NCBI RefSeq assembly: GCF_000497125.1
Contig: NC_090598.1
Span: 1,116,001-1,180,000, forward strand
DNA from: Spironucleus salmonicida
Taxonomy: Eukaryota
DNA length: 64,000 bases
Direction of reading: 5' to 3'
Positions 54,362 to 64,000 of the stretch are shown here, in pieces (the first letter of the stretch is position 1; every line of letters starts with the position of its first letter). A program made the translations under genes and the position numbers. The notes under the pieces are model-generated. The model was not told the origin of the DNA. It saw nothing but the letters and a program-made list of their open reading frames with translations, and ran no database searches.

Positions 54362-55501
54362 TCACTCAATCTCTAGGCTCTGCAGGTCCTCGAAGGCGAT
54401 TGATGCCAGCGGCGGTGTCTGCTGGTTGATCATATTCTGACTTAAAAGCAGCTGAACTGGTGAATTCAGGCCGAACTGGACGGGCTAAATTAGGATCTTT
54501 GGCAACAAATATTTTTATTACCTTATCGTATGGTATAGATGGGAAAGGTTCTGCCTATCCGTTCCAAGCTACAAAATGTCAAATTCTGGAGTATGACCTC
54601 CCTAACTTGCAAGGATAATGGTGAGCTGAGAGTTACCGCCGAATATTAGAAAGTCGTCATTGGCGTCACAAAGTCTATAAATCGAACCAGTTCCCGGCAT
54701 TGGGAACCAGTCCAAATTCACAAAAAATCCATTTCTTACCTCTGGGGAAATAGGGCCGCATGAAGTGTAGATTATTGCATATTTAAATGTTACAACAGAT
54801 GTTTATTTGTCTGTTACTGTCCTCAAAATTTTTTGTGGAGTGGCAAATTGAGCTTGAAACATGAGTATCGCGTCGCAGTCTGTATGAATAATAAGGTAAT
54901 TATTCTCGTAGCTGAAACGATTTAAGCAGGTTTTGAACGGAATTTGAATCTCGAAAAAGCTGGAATTGAGGATGTAAAATAACTGGTTATTGTTGAGAAG
55001 AATAAATATAAAATTTTGGACGCACTAAAGTTATTTAATTGTAGTTTTCGCATGTTTTAATATATTTTTAATAATAGTTTAGCCCGGAGAAACTGCTTTA
55101 GGGGAATGAAATTTTCCTGTTAAATCGATATAGTTATTATTTAGTAATCCTATAATTTTTTGTTTTGTTTTTATTTTCTTGAATTCGAACAATTTAGATA
55201 CTTGGATTACAAAATTGGCAAAGTAAATATGTGCTATTTCATTATAAATTTCATGGTGCAGAGGAGGTGATTTGATAAATTCTATATTTTTATATTAGAA
55301 CAGTATTTCGAGTTTGTAAAGGTCATAAATATGTATATCCCCGGAAATGAATATAATTATTGCAGTATCTAAATAGATGAATAATTAACTGATTTACTAC
55401 CCAAATTATACTTCTTTTACTTCTAATTACCATTGATAGAAAGGAACCTATTAAAATGCTTGTTTTCCATTCAGTCCAGTAATAAAATTATACTCATTCA
55501 T
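54362..55501 (-). CDS. Hypothetical protein (possible beta-propeller), 379 aa
   Basis: MNEYNFITGLNGKQAF...LQSLEIE-TGA; beta-strand-like pattern. Confidence 0.65.
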
Positions 55502-55557
55502 TTTTTGTTATATAACACAATATTATAATATGCATATATATAAAACTATGTATTTTA

Positions 55558-56004
55558 ATGACATCTTTTGGTAAGTCATAAAAAGAAATTATGCAGATTG
55601 TTAGAGCTAGATCTCCATCAACACGCTCGCCTACTATGTACTAAAATTCACCTAAGTCATTTTTTTCGTTGGATACTTAAGTCAAAATAGGGACACTAAT
55701 CAAAGATGAGAAAAAACGTTATAGCGTTAAAGTTTATCAACCATAAGAATCAGAAATCGAAGTTATATCTGAAAATGGTAACCTGTCTAATTTTGCAACA
55801 GAACGTGAAGAAAAGTTTGTTAAAATTAAATTTACTGTTACGGCTAATGGTAAAGGTGCACAAACAGATGCTGTTATAGTGAAATCAGGAGATCAGGAAG
55901 TCTCTAGAATACCAGTATTCTTTAATGTCGTTGTAGATGTCGATACTATTAAAAGAATAAAATAATTAAGAGAGAAAAAGCAAATGGAGAAGTTGGGATA
56001 CTGA
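55558..56004 (+). CDS. Hypothetical protein (Ig-like strand pattern), 148 aa
   Basis: MTSFGKSQKEIMQIVRARSPS...SRIPVFFNVV...KLGY-TGA. Confidence 0.7.
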
Positions 56005-56043
56005 TTTATATTATATTTGTATTTTAATATTTACCTTTCAAAG

Positions 56044-56733
56044 ATGGAATAGGTCACAAATTTTGAATTAGACATGCTTCGTCATTAAAATAAACAGTTA
56101 ATGTAGTTATTAGAAAATATATAGACTAAATAATAATCATTAATACCTAGTAAATCATAATAAACAAAAGAATCTTAGGACATATTGCAGTAGTCATTTA
56201 AAATCCAGCAATTAACAAAATAAGTAAATTCTTACTAGTTATAAATCACTTCTCTTCAATCATAAAATGATATGCTGTTGGAAAAGTTGTAACTATGCTC
56301 AAATCCTCAATAAATTTATTAATAGGCATAACACGCTTCATAATTAACAGAAAATGCATTATAAGAATAAATTATCAGACTAAAAATCAGATGTGAAGAG
56401 TTATAAAATTCAAAAAAGTTCGAAATTAGCTAATCTATATAATAGGGTTGGTAGGTTATTTAAAATAGTCTGATTAATTCAAATGACGTTAATAATGAGT
56501 CAAAGACTGTTATCATTGAAGGTGAAACAAATAGATAAAACTGTGAGGAAGAAGAATAAGATAAGGAATCGTATGCTACTTAATAGACAGATGACGGTTA
56601 AGATAGGGAACAAGAAGAAGGTCTAAGTATAAGTTTGCAAAAAGAGTTTTAAGAACCAATATAAAAATAATTATCAGCGGATATGTTTGTATAAGAAGAA
56701 CCATAGGAAGATTAGGAAGATTTTATGTTCTGA
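56044..56733 (+). CDS. Coiled-coil protein with acidic C-terminus, 229 aa
   Basis: MEQVTNFELDMLRHQNKQLMQLLENI...; Q-rich heptads and E/D-rich tail. Confidence 0.7.
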
Positions 56734-56806
56734 ATATTTTGAATATTTACTTTATATTTTATATTATATTTAACAAACGAATAAATTCCCACTCCAAAAT
56801 TCAAAT

Positions 56807-58084
56807 ATGAGTGAAGCGCAAAAGCCTCGTTTAGTATTTTTAGTTCCTAATTCTTCGTCTTTGAATCCAGATGTAGACTTTAAAAATCTATCAAGGTAAC
56901 TATAACTTAAATTCTCTGTATCAACGACAAATAATTTAGAGACTGTCTCAGCAGATGAAATTTTATTTATTGGACCTGGATGTGACAACCTATCAATAGC
57001 AGATGTTGCAGCCTTACGTCAACACCGGTCCAATGGAGGATCTATATTTATTTGCCTCCCAGGTGCTGACTCAAATTAAGCATCAGAAGAATTAAATAAA
57101 TTTTTGTAAAGAGCTGGAGTCCAATTAGTAAAGTATGACTCAGTTATTTAATCAACATATGCACCTGGATTATATCATCCTACTCACGTAAGTATTTCAC
57201 AATCTTCATTTTTATGTTAATCTCTTATTACCAAGATCGAGAAATTGAAGTAATAAGAAGACTCTTCTACCTCATCTGATGTCTAATTTGTGTATCCTTA
57301 AGGTTGTTATTTCTAAATTTAATCTCCACCTGCTCACCCTATTTTATCTACTGGTGAAGGTTCTTTCCCAGTTAAACAACCTATTCTTATAGCTCATGAA
57401 GAATTCCACTCTACAAAAGCTTCTAGACTTTTAGTTTGTGGTTCTTGCTCAGTTTTCAAGAATGATTGGATCAAAAAATTTGATAATAAACATTTAGCAG
57501 ATGTATTATTCAGTTATCTCTCACATGATGCAGATGCTCCAATTCTTTGTAGTGTATAAAAGGATTCTAATCAATCTATCTAGTTAGAAGAATAATTTTT
57601 TGTACCTGATACTTAAACTCTTGCTACAAACTTCCGTGCATGCCTGCATGCACCTGATACTCTTCCGGATGACTTCAGAGATATGCTCGATATATCTGCC
57701 AAATAAGAAAAATCTCTTCTCCCACAAGTAGTTAAACTATACGAATCAATGGGATTCCCAACAAATGAACCAATTTTGAAGTTGATAAAACCGTCTTTTG
57801 AGCGACCAACTCCTCCTCTTGTACCAGCAATTATTTCTCCTGGTTTACCCGAACCTCCTGGTGTTCCATAATTAGAACTTTATGATTTAGATAATGAATT
57901 AGCTTCAGATTTAACTAGACTTAGCAGACTGGCCTTAAAATGTAAAAATGACGATTTAGAAATATTTATTGAATCCGCTGGTGACTTATTTGGCATTCCT
58001 GGTAATGCTAAAGAGATATTGTATCATGTCTTAAAGACATCAGTAAATTTCAAGAAAGCAGAATTTTAAAGAAATGTCAAATGA
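56807..58084 (+). CDS. IFT52: Intraflagellar transport protein 52, 425 aa
   Basis: FVYPQGC, PAHPILSTGEGSFPVKQPI, VPDTQTLA, LKLIKPSFERPTPPLVPA, LELYDLDNELAS. Confidence 0.92.
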
Positions 58085-58216
58085 GAATTTTATATATTAT
58101 TATATCATCATACACGAATAATATCATATTTAATTAAAGACAAATAATATATAATTTATTTATTATATTATTGAACGTAATATTTATATCTTTTTCCACT
58201 CCAAATTTCAACAAAA

Positions 58217-59896
58217 ATGGACTCTTCCTTTTTTCTGCTGAAGTACTGCCCACCTTTACGCAAGATTTTCACAAAGCACTTTGTGCTTAAATTTCTTATT
58301 TCACTTATCTATACAACCGGTTTCTCGGCAGTTTCCCTGCTCATCCTGCCATCCTCCCCGGCGCTGGCCCAGAAAGATACCTTTGTCAAGCTGCTCACAC
58401 TACCATTTATTTCAAACATTATTGCCATTTCTTCTTCATCCTACATGTTCTTACCAGTTACTATTCTTACGGTACTGATTTTCGTCCCTATTGATACCCC
58501 AAATTTCGTTTTATGGCTAATATCGGGCGTAGTTTTTGTCAAATTTTCAACCTTCTCTGCCGAGCGCTTCACCCACGTGGACTACCACTATTCGTCACGA
58601 TCTGCCCTGCTGGGAGACTCGGTCAAAACCGCATTCAAGCGCACCTTTCCACATCTACTAATATGGTAATTTCTGAAGCAGCCGCTCAGTAGTTTCGACC
58701 TCGTAGCAGCGTATGCGTTGCTTCTTTTTGCTTCCATTTCGTTCGCATAACCTTTGTTCTTTGGACTACTGTACGAACCCGTGAAGCAGATTCAGAATGA
58801 TCCGATTCGCCTAGCAACTATTTCTGCAAATCTGTCGTGTTATTTAGCCTTTCGGGCAGATAATAATCTGAAATATCACAATCAAATTTAGGAGCTTCAG
58901 AGGCTTCAAAAAGAGAAAGGAAAGAAAGCTAAACTAACTGAACCAAGAATTAGGTTGATTTTGACGTCTCGAGCCGATAGTTTCGTTATTTCACAGACTA
59001 TTTGTGCAATTCAGCATTTGATTTAGACTGATTTGTAGGGTTCGCTAAATAATACATAATAATTGGTTAGTCCTGCAATTTAACTTGCTGAAAAACTACG
59101 TTCGTTGTTACCCCCTCAGAACTCGTTAACACACCTATTTGAAGCTAATGTTGCCGCTCCTGCTCCTTTGCACTTTTTCCTAGATTTCTTGACGTTTGCC
59201 GCCACGGATTCATTATCTAGAAGTTTTATTGAAAAATAGAACTCTTAAACAATTTTCAGAATTAATTAATTAGTCAAAAAATTGAACTAAGTTTATAGTG
59301 GGGAAACTGTGTTGAAATTAAATTAGATGGTTATGATGTAGGAAAATGATGACTAGTTGGAATTTGATTAGGAACAGCTGTTTGGATTTGGTGTAAATGG
59401 TTTAGATATGGAGAATGATAATGAAACTAAAAAATCTGAATTTAATATTATCAGCGAGGGACGCAAGAAAATTAAGCTTACTCCATTTTAGTTTGTTTCG
59501 TTATATTTGTTCAGCAATTTAACATTTGACTAGCTTATCAATGATCCTGATGCTATTCAAACCTATTTATAACAGAAAGCTATTTTGAAGCTTTAAAATA
59601 AAACTAATTTTATGCATAAACTTATCAATATATTAACGTTCAAATAACTTAGACATTTTGCTGGTGTTTAAGCAAGCTGCTCTGAAGATTTAATTGCGTT
59701 GAGATTCACGTTAGCTGCTGTTTCCGATGTGTGTTTTGGGTTGAGAGGAAATTAGAGCTATTATTTAAGCAAGGAAGCTGGGTTTGAAATTCTAAAATGT
59801 GTAATGTTTGCAGTTTTAAAAAGTGGGCGGAAAGGGAAGTAAGTTGACTAGGTCCTTACCGGTGTTAAAATATAAATGAATTTAATGCGTGAATGA
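58217..59896 (+). CDS. Hypothetical membrane protein (N-terminal multi-TM region, soluble C-terminal domain), 559 aa
   Basis: Track ORF 58217..58669 reads through TAA; CCACTCC upstream; ends LMRE-TGA. Confidence 0.75.
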
Positions 59897-60563
59897 TAAA
59901 ATTTACTTTTTCGTAATGAACAATATAAATTTATTTATTCTATGGTCTCTGTAAACTCAATAAGTACCTATTATACATAAAGTGGTGTAACAAATTTATA
60001 TAATTACAATATTATACTAAATTAAGCAATAATAACCTAATTTATTATTGATATAACTAATGAGAAATTAGGAATAATTTGTTAATATAAACGAATCTTT
60101 AATTATTTATAAAGATCAATCTTAGATATTTAAAACAGTGAACTTGATTTGAATTATTTTTTATTATATCAATTAGAATCTTTATTAATATTTGGTTACT
60201 AAAAAAATACTTGCATTTCAAAATAAAAATGATTTTATTAGTTGCATCTTACTTATATTCTCTTTTTAAATAGAGTTAGAAAATAATTATGCATTTAAAG
60301 TATTTAAAGAGCAATTAACTCTATAACCTAGCCTCCTGGTAATTGATATCAACATATTATTTTGATAATTTATAATATATATTAAATATAATTATATAAT
60401 TATCATAAGATAGTAATATCATTGAAATAAATTAAAAACAAAATAATACGTTTCATATATTATATAATAATATAGGTATTAGACGTTACTTTTATATATA
60501 ATTGATTAATTTAAATAAATAAATTTTAAAATAATATATTCAAATATCGACCAATTAATAAAA

Positions 60564-60908
60564 ATGACAGTAAATGCAGTTCTCATCACAGATTAGTTTG
60601 ATATTCCTATTTATACTTATTATACAGAAGATATGGAGAAAACTGAGATATAATTTGCTTTGTACGCTGCACTAGATTATTTTTCGATACTATCTGAGAA
60701 AAATGAGACTATATCAGAAGATGCACAAACTTACGCAATTTTTACAAGCTATAATCACAAAATAGTTATATATACATCAACATACATATAAATGTCTGAT
60801 GCTATTTCAGTTTTGATGAAGTTATCCATTAATTGGTAGAAAATAATATTAAATCCATTTTTTTCAAAAGATACTGTTCAAGAACTGGCAGTTTCATTAT
60901 ATGAGTGA
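60564..60908 (+). CDS. Sedlin/TRAPPC2-like longin protein, 114 aa
   Basis: AVLITDQFDIPIY, IQFALYAALD, IILNPFF. Confidence 0.7.
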
Positions 60909-61120
60909 ATATTAATACTGGTATAATGCATTATTTATCTATTACTAAAGCTATAATTTAAGAATCAAACCTAATTAAACTATGATATAATTCGTCAGCC
61001 TAATTCAGTTTAATGAACAAATAAATAAGACACATATACAGCTATAACATAGACTAACTTGATTATGCTGAACTTATTGAGAAAATCTATATAAAAAGAA
61101 TTATTAAACTACCAGATATT

Positions 61121-62116
61121 TCACTCAATATCATTAATCCATTTAATTTTAGCGGATAGCTTTCGTTTTGAAGTTTATAAAGTCGTTAAAAATGATCGAA
61201 TCGGGTTACTTCCAATCTATTAAATCTAAATCGTGTCTAAAAGCGATAGGTCATGTCCTTCTGCAAGATTTTTGTATTTTATCAGACTTCTATCTATTTC
61301 ACATTTAATTGTACTCATGATTAGATTTATTTCATCATCAAATCTATCATTTTCTTTTTTATCAAAGAGCTTTAATATACATTTTTCTATCACAAAGCAA
61401 CTATATCTATTTTCAAAAATAATTTGCTCTATTCCTGTAAATAATAATATTTTTATTAAAAGCAGTATTTAATTAAAATTTATTAAATCATCATAAATAA
61501 GTTTTTCTAGTAAATGCGAGGCGTGCTTTCCAAAAACTAACTCCCTTGCATTAGTAATTAATGAATCAATTATAGAGTCTGGACAAAGGGGGTTTGCTAA
61601 TATGTGTTATATTACATAGTTTCCAGTAGTCGAATTAGCTATCTGAACTATGTTTTAATTTATTTAAACAACAAGGTGCGGTGGGATAGAATTGTTTTTC
61701 AAGAGAATTCGAAGTGGCCATGATGAATGTTAATGAATAGCAAATAATAATAAATTTTAGTTATCAGATAGAAGATTAAAAAAGTAGTCTACGATAAATG
61801 GAAATTGATTTATGACATATTAAATAATATGGTTTCCATACTCATTAAAACAGAGCTAATAAAGATTCTCCATAATTTTAGGAAGCAATATGGTATTTGT
61901 CTAGATTGGATCATTAGCCAAAACATTTTGAATATAAATTGATCCCTAGTGCGTCTTAGATAACGCCACAAACTCTAGTTCTATATTAGTAAGCTCTGGA
62001 TTAATCTTTGCTGCGAAGGAATCACTACCCTAGAAGCATATTTCTGGAGATCGCTCATAAACTTTGACATCCGACAGATCAGGCTGGTGCTGCAACGAAA
62101 ACTTGGTCATCTTCAT
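61121..62116 (-). CDS. Pumilio/PUF-repeat RNA-binding protein, 331 aa
   Basis: LSKTHQGSIYIQ, LCFNEYGNHIIQ, IANSTTGNYVIQ, LVFGKHASHLLE. Confidence 0.85.
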
Positions 62117-62223
62117 TTTAAAAAATAAACGATATATTATACAAATTAGAGCCAATTTACTTATTTTTCAACTTTGTAAGTTATTGAAATTACATCTTTG
62201 CCCCCGAAATCTGCCCACTCCCA

Positions 62224-63039
62224 ATGTCTTACGATCTGAAGGACCACGCATTCTGCACCCAGAACGACAAGACACAGCACGTCGTCGTACGACGGATCGA
62301 GCCTGGGAGCGCATTCTACGTGCAGAACTTCGGTTCAGGGCGACTCTTTCCAGCGCGGCTCGCGGAGCTGCGGCCCTTCGACCTCGAGGTCGCGAAGACG
62401 CTGAAAAACAAGAAGACACTCGCGTTTGTAGAGTAGGTGCTGGAGGGCAAGGTGCTCCGGACAGCGCAGAAGCAGTTCCTGTTCGATGGCGAGGTGCTGC
62501 GCGAGCAGCCGAAGCGGCGCGGGACGCTGCACAACGCGCTGGAGCTACGGTTCCGGCTGCCGCACTTCCTCTTCGCAGCGCAGCTTCCGCAGGTCCGCGT
62601 CGCCACGGAGACGCTCCAGGTGCAGCAGGAGTCGCTGTCCACGTACTTGAACGTCTGTAACAACCACTCCTGTATAGTGCTCCCAACGAGCGCAGCTGCA
62701 CAGCTGCTGGAGATGAAGGCGCAGCTGCCGCTGGCGCCCGCCGCGCCCCCGAAATCTGGCGACTTGCTGGGCGCTTTGGCGCGGGTCCGGCGCGGTGCTG
62801 TGGCTGCGCCACTGGCCGAGTTCCAGCGCGACTTCCTGGCCGAGTTCGCGCCCGTGTTCTCGGAGGGCGAAATCGGCACCGCGGAGGCCGTTTTTGCGCT
62901 TTTCGGGTCAGGCGATGTGCGCCAAATCGTCAACTTTTGCAACTCGCTCGCACACGAGCGCTACGGCCTCCGGGAGCGCTGCATGCTCGTCTGCATCGTT
63001 GATTTCCTGGGCCAGCGCTAGTACCAGTACTTCAAGTGA
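62224..63039 (+). CDS. GC-rich hypothetical protein, 271 aa (possible Tudor/chromo-barrel plus MRG-like helical domain)
   Basis: Track ORFs 62224..62436 and 62437..63021 join through TAG codons; CCACTCC directly upstream; ends QYFK-TGA (AGTGA). Confidence 0.8.
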
Positions 63040-63325
63040 GCAGCGTATTTTTTGTTTTCAGTGTATAATAATGCAAAAATTTAATAACGGATTTGTATAT
63101 ATTATGTAATTTTAATGATAGATTTTCGGTAAGTTACCGTTTCTTTATATGGAGGCCTAACTTGCTTAGGTGCAGGAATTTCTTAAGTGCATATAACTAA
63201 GTTCACTGTTCAATGAAAATATGTTTGACGCAATTAAATATTTCTCCAACATTGACTCCTCTATAAATACGTAATTTGATAATTCTGAAATAGAGTTTTA
63301 GGTTTTAGATTTTTTCACTAAGGAA

Positions 63326-64000
63326 ATGGAAGAATCTGCTTTGCAAGGTAGTTAGGCATGCAGACCTTTTAAAAATTTCCACTCATTTTAAGATAAATAC
63401 ACTAACAACAATGAATTTTTCAACAGTGATCTTTTCCACCCAATGCCTTCTGGGGATTTACCTTTTACAGATCAAGTTGTTTAGTTTCAGTAAGCATTTT
63501 AAAATAACGAAAATATTAGAGTTTAAATTACAATATATTTAAGGCAACTTAATTCTCATGCATAGATGAGTTCTGAAAATGCATTTAATTCGATTTTTGA
63601 AGATTATTCTGAATGTTTATAATATTTTAGGGCACAATCATCTAGCACTCTAAATGTATCGTAAGCTCAAAGTAAACAAGATATTTGTAAATTAGATTAA
63701 CAACATAGCACTTCCTGGGGACCGAAAAAATTAATAATGTTTGGTTTATTATTTTGTCTAAGACCTATGATTCTTACTATTTTATATGCTGTCAAGGTGT
63801 CTGACCCAATTAATTTACATTTATTTTAATCATACAAGATAGATTAATCCTCAGCTTCAAAATAAAAGCAAGTAAATGAATCGCCATTAATATGTGATCC
63901 AATTACCAATGTTATTAATGAGTTTGGTGGATATTATTTCTTTTATGAATTAATTGATGGCATATATAATTTTCTCATGCTAGATGAATGCTACAAACCA
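63326..64000 (+). CDS. Hypothetical protein (3'-partial)
   Basis: MEESALQGSQACRPFKNFHSF... open to the window end in table 6. Confidence 0.65.

Noticed and set aside
59900-60560. Short ORFs on both strands in an AT-rich gap (e.g. ATG at 59942)
   Set aside because: Competing frames with no motif support; left unannotated.
62064-63109. Multiple long overlapping track ORFs on both strands
   Set aside because: Artefact of high local GC. Only 62224-63039 has the upstream motif, the AGTGA stop and protein-like composition.

Overview
Gene-dense, AT-rich eukaryotic DNA from a hexamitid diplomonad (Spironucleus/Hexamita-like). It uses the non-standard nuclear code in which TAA/TAG = Gln and only TGA = stop, shown directly by TAG/TAA at invariant Gln positions of ubiquitin. 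The supplied standard-code ORF track therefore fragments or misframes most genes. Re-read by hand in table 6, the window holds about 40 complete, apparently intronless CDS plus two partial ones. Recognisable products: RING protein, PQ-loop transporter, PheRS beta, ubiquitin-eL40, uL29/RPL35, BEACH protein, GPI, MATE-like transporter, bacterial-like dUTPase, CFAP65, ankyrin protein, Hsp110, DDX24/MAK5, PMS2-type MutL, FNTA, two tail-to-tail syntaxin-16-like genes, NAC alpha, IFT52, sedlin-like and PUF. Non-coding structure: a 412-bp inverted duplication, a CCACTCC-type motif before start codons, AGTGA overlapping many stop codons, a tRNA-like gene with an anomalous anticodon arm, and a candidate box C/D RNA. 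There are also recurrent GC-rich islands where top-strand skew flips from C-rich to G-rich regardless of gene orientation (possible replication-origin footprints; judged by eye). All translations and family calls are manual and from memory; no database searches were run.
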